A stretch of DNA of 64,000 nucleotides. Source: the human T2T-CHM13v2.0 reference genome, Homo sapiens. Position 1 is the first letter of the stretch. Each line of letters starts with the position of its first letter. Where the stretch lies: assembly GCF_009914755.1 (NCBI RefSeq), contig NC_060926.1; one strand, written 5' to 3'. Position numbers and translations under genes: made by a program. The notes under the pieces were generated by a model, which saw only the letters and a list, made by a program, of their open reading frames with translations, did not search any database and was not told the origin of the DNA. Of this stretch, positions 13,732-27,533 are shown one piece after another.

Positions 13732-14045
13732 GGCCAGTCGCAATGGCTCACACCTGTAATCCCAGCTCTTTGGGAGGCCGAGGCAGGCGGATCACCAGAG
13801 GTCAGGAGTTCAAGACCAGCCTGGCCAACATGGTGAAACCCCGTCTCTACCAAAAACAAAAAACAAAAAATTAGCTGGCTGTGGTGGTGGGCGCTTGTAA
13901 TCCCAGCTACTTGGGAGGCTGAGGCACGAGAATTGCTTGAACCCAGGAGGCAGGGGTTTCATGAGCCGACATCTCGCCATTGCACTCCAGCCTGGGTGAC
14001 AGAGCAAGACTCCATCTCAAAAATAAAAATAAAATAAAATGAAAA
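13732..14045 (+). mobile_element. Alu (AluS)
   Basis: Full dimer, TSD aaaacccttg. Confidence 0.92.
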
Positions 14046-15199
14046 ACCCTTGACCATTATGTGTTAAGATTAATTCATGTTATATGTTCATGAGAAAAAT
14101 GTTTAGATGTTCCCAGAAAAGATTTAAATTGTAAACCTAAACATGTATAATTGCCTAATTTGTAATCTCCGTAAAAATAACAGTATGAAGCTTAGTACAG
14201 GATATGTCACTTGAAATACATGACTCCCACCCCAGAAAAATTAGTAAAAGTGGCTCAAAAGTTCAGTAGTAACAATTAAACAGAATTAGAATATTTTTAA
14301 CCAAACAAAAGGCACAGTAATTTCCTAAGCAGTTTGCTGTCACGTTTAACTCCTTTTTTTTTTTTTGCCTTCCTAAAAGCAATTTTGAGTAAAGTAAGAT
14401 GACAGTACTTGCAAATTTAAAAGCAAATAGATGGAAGGAGAGAGTATCAGATCTATAATGAAAGTCAAGGAAAAAGCAAAGAGCCTTACCTACTGTTAAT
14501 AAATCTCAGCAAGGACAGAAGAAATCTCCACGGCTTTATGTGAAATGAGAACAGTACAAACCCTAAAGATATTCTTTCAATGAATTTAATTTCTGATTGG
14601 TTACCAGGGTAGTTATACAAGGACTACTCTTACCCTCTGTTCAAATTCTTTTTTCTCCTCTTTGTCCTTGCAAATGTGACATAAACACACACCATTTAAT
14701 TTAGGTACAAAGAAATGAGTAGGACCAATAACCAGTCTTCAACTATAATTCAAGCAAGTCTCAGACAAGATGAGAAAAGAAAGTCAAGGAAGTTACCCAA
14801 ACCATACCAAAGCAAACATAAAATTTACATACGGTGACTTCAAATACAAAAGACAGTTGAAGAAACCTGTTTGGGAGGAAATCATCACTGAAACAGAAGG
14901 AAATTTGTACCATAAATATTAATAAAAGCAAGTTCAAGGACAATCTGATTTAAAAAAAAAAAAAAAAAAAAAAGATCGGCCGGGAAGGGAGCAACACCTG
15001 CCATTCAGAAGGCTGTTACTGCCCTTGGGGAAGATTGGCCTAGTATTGACAAATTTTACATGTTTTTCGACAAAACTGGGATTAAGGACTATTAAATGGG
15101 ATATGTACATTTTAGAAAGTTGAACAATTATTTTAACAGCTTTATTGAAGTATAATTGACACATAAGAAATGATCATATTCAAACTTTAAAATCTGATG

Positions 15200-15810
15200 T
15201 TAGTATGATGAATTACTTTGATTGCATTTCAAGTGTTAAGCCAGCCCTACATTCCTAGGATAAACCCCACTTAGCCATGATATCCTTTATATATATTGTT
15301 TGATTCACTTTGCTAAATTTTGTTTAGGATTTTTGCATATGTGTTTATGAGGGATATATCTCTGTAGTTTTCTTTCGTACGATATCATTTTCAGATTTTA
15401 TTGTGTCAGGGTCAAATTGGAATCATGAATGTGTTGAGAAAGTTCCATTTTCTGGAAGAGGCTGCATAGTAATAATATTATCTCATTTTTAAATGTTTCA
15501 TAGAATTTGCAAATTAATTCATCTGGGGCAGAAGTCTTACTTATAGGAAGGTTTTGAACATTCAAATTCTTTAATAGATAAGGCAATTAAGGTTTTGTCT
15601 TTCTTCCTGAGCAAGATATGGTAGTTTCTGTCTGTCAGCAAATTTATCCATTTCATCTAGGTTGTTGAATTTATTGGCACAGAGTTTATAATATTCCCCA
15701 TTTCTTTTTAATCTCTCTAGAATATGTAATAATGTTGCTTCTCTCATTCTTGGTAACTTGTGTCTTCTTTTTTCCTTGATTAGTCTGCTAGTGGTTTATC
15801 AGTTTGAATT
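15200..15810 (-). mobile_element. L1 ORF2 fragment, antisense
   Basis: cctaggataaaccccacttagccatg; minus-strand ORF at 15398-15586 resembles ORF2 (PDELICKFYETFK). Confidence 0.75.
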
Positions 15811-15830
15811 AAATATTTTAAAATAATGTA

Positions 15831-16119
15831 GGCCAGGCATGGGGGCCTGTAATCTCAGTGTTGTGGGAGACCAAGGTGGGAGGATTGTTTGAGGCCAGGA
15901 GTTCAAGTCCAGCCTGGGCAACATAGGCAGACCCCTGTCTCTACCAAAAGTTTAAAAACTAGCTGGGCTTTTGGCACACACCTGTAGTCCTAACTACTCA
16001 GGAGGCTCAGGGAGGAGGATCACTTGAGGCCAGGAGTTAAAAGTTACAGGACTATGATCAGGCCACTGCACTTCAGCCTGGGTGACAGAGCAAGACCCTG
16101 TCTCTAAACAACAACAAAC
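15831..16119 (+). mobile_element. Alu (AluJ)
   Basis: Diverged dimer. Confidence 0.88.
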
Positions 16120-16588
16120 AGTATGTATTCCAAATAAAACTTGTATCTTCAGGCTTATGTTACTTGTGGGCCATCCTTTGTCAACCAAGTCCTAAAGACA
16201 AAAACATGACCAAAAAATATTAAACATGATCACATTGCCATTCAAGTCCAAAGTCAACATATAGACATTATCCAATATGCAAAAACTCAGAGAATATAAC
16301 ATCTCCAGGACCTTCCTGAAAACATTTATTAAGTAGTAAAATTCAGCAAACCAGGAGATAAATCAGAATAATCCTGATTAAAAAAATAACTTTTTATCAG
16401 GTATAAAAAAATAACTTTTTATCAGGTATAAAAAGTTATTTTTATATAAAAAGCCCTGAGAGTGAAGATTAAATCCTCTCTATATAGAAACAATTCTTGA
16501 CAACCGTGAGAATTATAACTGCAGAATAAAATTTAAATGGTATAAACTTTGCCAAAGTAGAATAAGTAATATAACTTTAAAAAAATGA

Positions 16589-16922
<334 letters not shown>

Positions 16923-19330
16923 TTAAAGTTTGAAACAATTTTAGACATTAACACAGCAGTTCTTAAGGTTTTCTTCATCTTTTTTCCTTTTTTTTAATAT
17001 GAATGGCAGTCTTTTTTATCTTTTATTTCACTGGAAACCAGTTTAATTTTTTTCGTTAAAAGTGGCATATATACCATAGTTTCATTGTAATAAAATTATT
17101 GTGCCTGTATGTCTAGCCTTTTTAATGTTTATATACATGAATTTCAGAATGATTTTTACCTGCTCATAATGGTGATGATTTCTTTATGGATAGGACTGTG
17201 GGTAAAAACAATTTTTTTGTTCTTTTTATATTTTTCTATGTTGCTTGAATAACTTATAATAAGCCTATATATAAAGAGAGAGAGAAAGAGAGAGAACTTT
17301 CTCATTGCTCAAAAGATAAGTATCTTACTGTGAAAGTTTAGTGTTCTGAAACTGGAACAGTTTTTCATTTTGTTGTAATGATAATACTAAATCCCTAATG
17401 TCTGTATTATGGACAATATGAAATATAAGCCTTTCTTTCATTAATTTTAAAAAAAATTGTTTCTTTATTATGAAATTTAACTTGTTACTCCAGCCTTTTG
17501 AGTAATAGTATCCCATTTGAATCTTCTTCACTGGAAAATTAAGGTATCAGTCAGAGTTCAGTCAGGGAAGCAGAAAGCCCTTTTGGTATTTCAAACAAAA
17601 GCAATTTAATTGAGGAAATTAGTTACATGGTTGTTGGAAATGCTGGGAAAACAAAAGGGTGGAAACATGGTTATGGAGAAAAAAACAAGAAGAAGGGGTA
17701 ATGCCTAAAATTCAGATGCATTCAGGACTCCCTGGGCTGGAGTCCACAAACTACACCTGCTACTACACTGTTAGAGCTCTGTTTCCCTGACTGAACTCTG
17801 ACTGATACATTAATTTTCCAGTGAAGAAAAATCAGTCTGCATCTTGCAGAGAAGTACTGCTTTAATCAAGGATGGGACCATCTACAGGATGCTCTTTCTC
17901 ACTATACCCTATCCCCATGACTATTAAAGCAGCTGCCAGCAGCTGCCAGTTTCCTGCTCTGCCTTTCTCCACTTTCTGATCTTCCACCAGTACCTTCTAA
18001 AAGCAGAACCTAAGGCAAAATAATCTAGAAAATGGAATTTGTTTATCATAGCCCCTGCAAAACATAGGGCACAGGACAGGACTGGGCCTATGACAGCTCG
18101 CACATTAAATTGTATATACATAATTGTGTATATTTATAGTTTTAAAAAGTTAAGCTTTGCGTTTGTAGTCCTTAAGAACTTTAAAACATATCCAAAGCAC
18201 TTTTTAATCATCAAAGTGGTTAGACATCTTGTAAATGAAGTAGGAATGGGAGAACTTTAAAACTTATCCAAAGCACTTTTTAATCATCCAAGTGGTTAGA
18301 CATCTTGTAAATGAAGTAGGAATGAAGTAGGAAATGAAGTAAAAATGTTAACTGGACACAGTCCTGTCCCTAATGAGTATGCACTAAATAAACTTTTTTT
18401 CCCTTCATAATAAGCAGTGGTGGAGAATACTGGAACTGTTGTCATACTTAAAATGTTGAAATACTCTTTTGACTGACAGATGGTACTGGGACTATCAGAT
18501 CTATTACTTTCTCCACCAGTCTCTTCATGTACATATCCTTATCTCTGTTCCAAAGTATCCAGAGGATTAACATCATTATTCTAATGTGGAAATACAAAAC
18601 AGTGATGAACTTTAATTTATTACCTCCCTCTTAGAGGAAATATTTTCTTAGGAAAATTCAACTTGAAGTTTAAAAGTCATGGTAGTATTTCTCATTTTTC
18701 CGTTAAAATCTCATAAAAGTGCCATTCAGTTCATATTTACTGATATTTATCCATGGAAAATGGTCTTAAAATTGCTTGCTTAACTATGGAAACTGGCATT
18801 TGGCTGTTTTTATATGCATTAGATAGCTATATTTGTATATGGTTACATTTGATATACCGCAAATTTATGTTAATTCACAGTTAAGTAATGAGAATGTCTC
18901 AAATAAATGCTCTGAGAACTTTTATTAACAAACTTCATCTGAACACATTGGTGTACTTCAGAAGAAGATCAGTTTCTCTCTATCAACAATTTCCCTCTAG
19001 ACAAATCAGCTTGAAAACAAATCTCCTAGTGCCAAAACCCCACCATTTTTCTGCCTTAGTTCCTTCCTCTAAACAAAAATCTGGAGCTGTTCTGTGTCTG
19101 GACATGGAGGGAGTTGAACACATCTTTCTTCATTAATGGGAGAAATGTAACTAAGCTTCATTCATCCAGGTAGAATTGGAATGTTGTCCAGTCTTTTTAT
19201 TCTCTGCTTCCTTTTCTCTGCTAGAAATGTCTTGTCTCTTAGGAAGTTACACTATAATCATGTTATGTGTTGTCATTTTATCTTATAGTTCTCTTAAGAC
19301 TTTATTGTTGTGCATATTTATATATTTCAG

Positions 19331-19399
19331 TGGGAGAACTGAAGTCCAATCAGTTCAGTATGGCAAAGAAAAGGCAAATAAAGACAGGGTATTTGCAAG
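19331..19399 (+). CDS. PTPN4: PTPN4 coding exon (~13), FA region: (C)GRTEVQSVQYGKEKANKDRVFA(R)
   Basis: atatttcAG / GTaagc, 69 nt, phase 2-2. Confidence 0.96.
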
Positions 19400-19754
19400 G
19401 TAAGCCAAATCTGTTTCATTGTTTGAATTTTTTTAAAAAGATGGATTGAGTTTACTAAAAAGTTTTTCTAAATATTTTTTCTAAAGTTTTTCTAAATATT
19501 TCAAATTTTTGATTACAGAATTATCACAATTCTTTAACAGTAAATAATGTTGAGGGAATGATAAACTAGCTTGTCTAGTTTATTGATTCATTTTTTATAT
19601 TAATAGTGTGCCAGGCATTGCAGTTCTGAATAGGCTGATCAAATATTATGTTATTAATATAATATTCTGTTCGAGGTTGCTCCACTTTTTTAAACATTTT
19701 TGAGAAATATAGTGACTTATTTCATGTTATCAAGCCATTTCCATATTTATTTAA

Positions 19755-20143
<389 letters not shown>

Positions 20144-20169
20144 CTAGCCAATTTGCTTTTTAACAAGTG

Positions 20170-20400
20170 AAATGACATGATAAGATCTATGTTTTAGAAA
20201 ATAGTATTATGAGCAATGATAGAGAATGGATTAGCGAGGAAAGCCTCGGTACCCAGAAACTATAAGGTAATTGCAGTAATCCAAGTGAAAATAATAAAGG
20301 CCTGAACAAAAACATTGGTAATGGAATGGAAAATAGGGAACAAATTTAAGGAACGTTTTGTAGGCAGAACTAGCAGAAGCTGATGACCAACTGGATACAG
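20170..20400 (-). mobile_element. L2 fragment
   Basis: attgcagtaatccaagtgaaaataataaaggcctgaac L2-like motif. Confidence 0.5.
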
Positions 20401-21081
20401 GTGTGTTAGAGACAAGAGTTTGTTTTCAGTGAAAATTACTTTGAGAGGCTAAGTCTTTTAATTAGTTATGTGTTTGGCATCTACTGCTATTAGAGGCTTG
20501 AGTTTTAATAAAGAGAACTAGAAAGTTTGCTTTTGATTTCACTTTGTTTAAATTTTGTTCTTAAGTCTTTATCTAAGAGACCTTCCTTCTTTGTGTTTCT
20601 GGAGTAAAGGGAGTTTTGTGTTCTTGGTTTTTTTCTTCCTCCTTCCAAAAGTGGAAATTGCTTTTTTCCCCTAGTAATATAAGTGATAGCTCATTATGTT
20701 TAAAAACTCCAACAGTATCAAAGAGCATAAAGAAAATTTATCATCCCAAGACAACTTTTTAAAAAAATTTTGATACTCATTATTCAGGATTTTTCTATGC
20801 ATATACTCATAGAGACATTTTTATATATGTGTGTATATTTGTTTCCAAATTGTTTTAAACTATTTGTTGTTTGTTTTTATCATCTAGCATATCGTGCACA
20901 TTTTCTTTGCTGTTCAAAAATCTAGTCATTTATAATGGCAATAAATCTTTTAACAGTTAAATTCTTTGATTGTAAACTGTAAACTTAACTTTTAGGATTC
21001 CTCCCTTTACTGAGCCACGTCCCTGCCTCCAGAGTAGGAGTTGTTGCTAAGACTTTGTAAGGATGTCACAGTAATATGTGA

Positions 21082-21420
21082 CATACAGCTTACATTTAGT
21101 AGTCTACTATATGAGGAAATAATAGTTTATTACATTATGAATTAACATTAATAGAAGAGCCATAAATGGTAAGTTAATCTTTATTTTAAAAATCAAATGC
21201 ATGAGATAATATACTTTATTTTCATTCTGTTGTGACTGATAGGAAAATTTGCACTGCAATATGAGGGGGTTGGACCAAACGGTGTCATGAGTTGTCTTCT
21301 AATCAAAAAATCCTATAATTTAAACCTGTGATAATGGAAAATCTTCACACCTAAATTACTTTGAATTCACTTATGGAAAATGAAATGAGTCCATGTATTT
21401 TTTTAAAAACGAATAACATT
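21082..21420 (+). repeat. Copy 1 of a ~340-bp local direct duplication
   Basis: Aligns end to end with 22658-22996. Confidence 0.92.
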
Positions 21421-22204
21421 TCTTAAAATATTTTTCTGATTCTTAGTGTTGTAACAGCGTAGCAATATACTTAAAACTTTCCTTTCTTAACAAGTGTCTT
21501 CTTTCTGCTTGACTTTTATAAACAGTGTAGAACGTGCGATGTGGTCACTAGTTGTATGCAGCATATCCTCATACGAGTACCAGATCGTAGGCATATTTAT
21601 GTATTAAGTTAATATCACATACAAATGGTTTCTTTATAAGTGTTAATGTTTTCATGTTTTGATCCTATCAGATTTTAGAAATAAGCAGAGTTATACCTGC
21701 ATCTTAGTTGTTCATTTTGTGTATTCATTATTAAAATGTATAGTTGTTTAATAGGTTATTTTATAAAACAAATAGCCATGATTCCGTGAATAGTAGAGGT
21801 AAAATTTCAATATTATAAGCCTCAGATAACTCTCTTCCTTTTGTTTTTCTGGAATTGTGTGGTTCCTCTGAAATAATAAGGTATCAGCTACAATGAGGTT
21901 GTAATAGTACTGGGCTGTTTAATGATCTCTCTTTCTCTGAAAGATAAGCTTTTCTGGGATTGTTTTTCTAATATGTTAGGATCTAATTGTAATGAACAGA
22001 TATGTGTCTACCAAAATTCTCTAATGGTTTTAGTAATTATTAAGTTATTTTATTAAAGTACCAGATAACCTAGAGTTCTTTTTTTTTCTTTGGGTTTTAG
22101 TTGGCAATATGAGTAGATAGAAAAGGCTCCTCCTTAAACTTCTCATATAATAATTTTTTAGCAATCATTAAATGTTTTTTCTTTTTTCTGATTATCACCT
22201 CTTT

Positions 22205-22230
22205 GTGTTCGCCTCAGCAGCACATATACT
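22205..22230 (+). pseudogene. 3'-truncated U6 snRNA retrocopy (first 26 nt only)
   Basis: GTGTTCGCCTCAGCAGCACATATACT versus U6 GTGCTCGCTTCGGCAGCACATATACT (23/26); flanked by the direct repeat CTGATTATCACCTCTT. Confidence 0.85.
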
Positions 22231-22657
22231 GATTATCACCTCTTCAAATTGCTTTCACATTTTGCAGTTGTCATATAATATATCTAAGAAAAGAGAAAAA
22301 CAATGTTCTCATACAACAGAAAAATAAGGTGCCCTAGACAGAAAAGAAGCTTACCACATCGCAAACACACTGATGCTGTGTGGTATTTTTTTCTCTGAAA
22401 TTTCCACACTCAACAGGAAACATAGACAGCAAGCTTGAGTGGGTGGGTCCCTGAGGTTAAAACTGTTAATAAAATAAAATACATGAAGTTTGGTTTTAAG
22501 TTCAAAGTGTCCAGCCATGTTTAGTCCATTAACAGCAATAAAGTGTTCTGACGCTTCAGACTAGGTGAGTGTGCTGGAATTTTTTTTCTTCAAATGACTT
22601 TTTCCAGCTTTTAGAAAATGAAAGTAGTTGATCTATTGATTACAGTTAGTGAACTTT

Positions 22658-22996
22658 CATACAGCTTACATTTCGTAGTTTAATATTTGAGGAAATAATA
22701 GTTTATTACATTATGAATTAGCATTAATAGAGCCATAAATGTTAATCTTTATTTTAAAAATCAAAGTTTTATGCATGAGGTAATATACTTTATTTTCATT
22801 CTGTTGTGACTGATAAGAAAATTTGCACTGCAATATGAGGGAGTTGAACTAAACGGTGTCATGAGTTGTCTTCAAATCAAAAAATCCTATAATTTAAACC
22901 TGTGATAATGGGAAATGTTCACACCTAAATTACTTTGAATTCACTTACGGAAAATGAAATCTGAGTCAATGTATCTTTTTTAAAACTAATAACATT
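22658..22996 (+). repeat. Copy 2 of a ~340-bp local direct duplication
   Basis: catacagcttacattt ... aataacatt, roughly 90% identical by eye to 21082-21420. Confidence 0.92.
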
Positions 22997-24149
22997 CCAT
23001 GTCTTATAAAATGCCTACAAGATTTTTGATTAAGGAAATGTCATTAGGCCAAACTAAAAAAGTTTTAGCTATGAATTGCTGAAATGACAGGACACTTCTG
23101 TGGTGTAGATTCATAAGTAACTTAAATTTTTCGTGGTTTAGTAAAATTAATAGGCTAAAATATTGCCCTGAAAATTTGGATATTCATAAATCATAAAATT
23201 CAGGAGGTAGGGAGAGACCTATGGGTCATATTATGCTAATAAATTTATACATTTAGATACAGAAACATAAGAGGTCTGTCTAATAGGAAGCCACATCTAG
23301 AATTCAGAGTCCTTATCATTATTTTAATGCTTCCTACTGTACACATAATAACAATTTGTTCAGTTCTCTTTGGTCAGTGTTATTGTGCGTGTTAGTCCGA
23401 CATTTCTTTTTACACGTTTAACATATTGGAAAGGAAATTCTAGCAGGCAGTGAAACTTCAAACTTCATGAGATCATTATGTATCAGAATTCTAATGTTAT
23501 TAAGTTTTAATGTAATCAGATGAGTTAATATTGCATTTGCTTTGTGCCTTCCTTGGTAATTGTTTTTTTTTTTTTAGCCATACAGAAGTGTATACATAGT
23601 ACATGATGAGAGAAAAATATCCCAATGAGCTAAAAAAGCAAGTCCAATACTACCTGCAATTCTTTATCAATATAAGAAAATCTGAAAATAAATCCAAAGT
23701 CACACAACAAAGGCCTATGATTCTTATTAACTATAACCAAAAATAGTCTTCATTTTTAAATTTTACTCAAATAGGTATTTCTACCTAAATTTTTATGATC
23801 TGATTTTTGTAGGAAGACAACAGGATGTTTCATTTTTTGTAAATTGTGCTGGAATGGAAAATACATATAGTTTTTATATGCTTCAGTTAATTACTGAAAT
23901 ATAAAACTGTTTACAAGATGATTTATTATATACTTTATATATGTAGCTTAAATTATTCGCCTCCACATTAACTCTGCACTTCATAAAGCCAGGCATTTAA
24001 AGAAATAACATATATTTTCAGCTAATTTTGTCTATTATCTGAATTTGCATATAAAAAATACTTTATTTGTTAACATTCCTAAAATTCTAAGGGTTTATGA
24101 TCTCTGCATAGATCAGTATCTTTTGATCTGAATGAATCAATATGAAGAT

Positions 24150-24472
24150 CTTTCTTTCTTTCTTTCTTTTTTTTTTTTTTTTTTTTTTTTTTGAGACAGG
24201 GTTTTACTCTTGTCACCCAGGTTGGAATGCAGTGGTGCTATCACAGCTCACTGCAGTCTCAAATTCCTGGACTCAAGTTGATCCTCTGACTTCAGCCTCC
24301 CAAGTAGCTTGGACTACAGGCACTTGCCATCATACCCAGCTAATTTATTTTTTGTAGAGACAGAGTCTCCTTATGTTGCCCAAGCTGGTCTTGAATTCCT
24401 AAGTTCCAGTGATCCTCCCACCTGGGCCTCCCAAAGTGCTGGGATTGCAGCACTGAGCCACCTCGCGCATCC
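24150..24472 (-). mobile_element. AluJ, antisense
   Basis: Poly-T head, TSD aagatctttt. Confidence 0.9.
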
Positions 24473-25156
24473 AAGATCTTTTTTTAAAACATCACTTAGT
24501 TTTCATCTTTATCATTAGGATAGCTGATAATATATAGATTGGTAACAAAACATATCCTTTTACTCCCCACCAATAGACAGAATTATTAACCCTCCAAAAT
24601 GTTTTTGGAAAAAAGGGAAAAATCCACTAACCTACTATATGTAAACAATTTTTTAAGTAGATAAAATGTAATATGCATAATTATTTTTGTTCTGTCTTCA
24701 TTGAGGCAGAGGATTGGGATTTAGTTATAGAAGCATTCAGGAGATAATGTGCGAGGAGTTATTTAATACATCCCAAGATAAGCTAGTGTTCCAGATACTC
24801 TGGAATAGAAGTAGGTAGTATCTGTCTTGTCAGTAACATCTGAGAAAACATTTGGTAGCAAACCCTTCCCTTTTTACCTTTGTCCTTCCTTTTCTTGTTT
24901 CTTCTGTTTTTCTCATCCTTCTTATTGTCTATCTTACTCTTCCTAGCCTGTCTTACCTTTATTCTTCATATAAAGCCAATGTACATTCTTAGGAAGTTAT
25001 TTGGTAAATAGCCTCTAAATGCATTAATTTTTTACAAGTAAACTCTTTATGTTGCTCATCTGGAACATAATCTCTGAAAACAAATTGTAGGATTTGATTC
25101 ATGGTTTGGGGTATAAAAATAAAACTTTTAACATATTATTTAATTTATTTCTGCAG

Positions 25157-25282
25157 ATCCCCAAGTAAGCCCTTGGCACGGAAATTAATGGATTGGGAAG
25201 TAGTAAGCAGAAATTCAATATCTGATGACAGGTTAGAAACACAAAGTCTTCCATCACGATCTCCACCGGGAACTCCTAATCA
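25157..25282 (+). CDS. PTPN4: PTPN4 coding exon (~14), linker: (R)SPSKPLARKLMDWEVVSRNSISDDRLETQSLPSRSPPGTPN(H)
   Basis: tttctgcAG / GTaagt, 126 nt, phase 2-2. Confidence 0.96.
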
Positions 25283-26023
25283 GTAAGTGTGAATTTTGTG
25301 ACCAACATCAGGTGTGAATTTTGCTAATTTCTAATTATTGGCTGTATATTTTTATGCCTGAAGACAAAGATACGCAAAAATTGAATTCTTTTGGTGAAAC
25401 ATGATTTTTGTTGCTCCAGAGCATTATTTTCTCTTTGCCTGCTGCTCTTTGCAGAAGTAACATGGTATAGACTTGCGGAATGAGAGTAGCGCATTGAATA
25501 AGGACCCTCCACTCTCACTCTCCTCAACAGTTAACTTTCGCAGTTAAGAGTCCCTGATAAATGAAGATCTGTTAGACTTAAAATCTTGTATGGTTGTTGT
25601 TGACATACTCATTTTTCATGTGGATTCCCAGCAGAATTTCTAGGGGAGCATATATTGTTTGAAAATGCTTTGCAAGTGATTGGGATTCTCTTAAACCCCC
25701 AGCTCAACCATGGCTTCAGCACGTTCTATGGCCTAGGAAAAGGGGTTTCCAGCACCAGTCCCCATAAGCTTAGCTCTCCCTGAGCTAAAAAGCACTGTGT
25801 GATTCAGCACTTACCGTATATGTACTTCAGTCTGACATTGCTCACAAAAGTTGTATGTTTTGGTATAAATGATTATAAGTTCATAAACTAGCCAAATGCA
25901 CCAGCCAAAGATGTTGATTATCTTAATTTGATAATATTACAAATGTTGTATGTAATTAAGATAATGGCAAACAATTGTGTGCCACCATATTAACATACTT
26001 AGTTAACCCATAAGGTTCACTTA

Positions 26024-26415
<392 letters not shown>

Positions 26416-26859
26416 TCTAACAGCTAGAGCATTGAAGGCTATTATCAGCTGAAGAATAAAGTTCTACCATATCAGAACAGTTTATACATAAACAGTTTGG
26501 TTCACAGAGCTTTAATACTTAACGTGTTAAAGTTACTCCTAGAAAAAAATGGACTTAGTAATTTCTGTCTTGCCAATTTCAGGTTGCTTTTATCATTTTT
26601 TCTTATAAATGATTGCATATATTCAAAGCCTCATTAGCTTGTCTGAAGAAAATTCAGACCTTGTTTTTCTCTTCCCTTTTGCACAAACAGCCATTTCTCC
26701 ATTTGTACCAGCAACACTAAACAATAATAGCAAGTTATAGAAAATAATAGCAAGTTAAGCCAAAGTACTCAAGTAACTAATTAACAGTAGCTCTGTTTAA
26801 GTTTTCTGGTTAATGAAACAATTTCAGGTATAATCTAAAAAGATTTTTTAAAATTCTGA

Positions 26860-27050
26860 AGAGATAGTACAAGGTGGTGGTTAAGAGCATGGGCCCTGGA
26901 ATCACTGTATGCTTGAACTTGGGCAAGTTAATCTCTGTCTCATTTTTCTCATCTACAAAATTATATTTATAATAATGTCTTTCTTATAGTACTGTTATGA
27001 GGATTAAATGAAATGCTTAGAGAAATGTCTGACACATACATAAATACTGA
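26860..27050 (+). mobile_element. MIR
   Basis: ggtggttaagagcatgggc ... ttgggcaagtta ... tgaggattaaatga. Confidence 0.75.
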
Positions 27051-27533
27051 AATATTGTAATTAAAAATTGTAATAACACTACTTTGTGTGACTGTCAAGA
27101 GGATGGCAATATAGTATTCAGTATCTACTCTAAGGCTTCAAAGAAAGTCCCATAAATAAAAACATTTATAACAATTAAAAAATAATTCAGACTAGAATAT
27201 ATTTCTAAATGATTTATTCTAATCCCTTTATTTTATAAATGCTGAGTAAGACAAAATCGTAGTGACTAACACCTAGAAACATGAAGGCACTTAGAGATAG
27301 TAGGTAACTTTATGGGTAGAATCCTTGGCAGATTGTTGATTGTAACTCAGATCACTGACTTCCCATTCTCTGTTCCCTCTGTTTATATCACACTGTCTTT
27401 TTCAGAGATTGCTTAGTCAACATGGCTTGACTTAAAAACACATACCCCCTTTCTGATGTAACCATATATTAAGAAACTTGGAAATTTTGAATTGAAGCAT
27501 ATTTTTATTCAGTTTTTCTCCCTCTTTATTTAG

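Noticed and set aside
14952-14973. Orphan poly-A tract (also the poly-T at ~6990-7009) suggesting a processed pseudogene
   Set aside because: No recognisable mRNA-like sequence or TSD next to either; probably simple mononucleotide runs within old repeat-derived DNA.
17545-18110. Possible old ERVL/MaLR LTR (tatcagtcagagttcagtcagg start)
   Set aside because: Too diverged to assign a family or boundaries by eye.
25430-25470. Strong-looking acceptor ctgctctttgcAG at 25454 followed by ATG|GTATAG (10-nt microexon?)
   Set aside because: Weak donor, only ~170 nt from exon 14, and no other support from the sequence alone.
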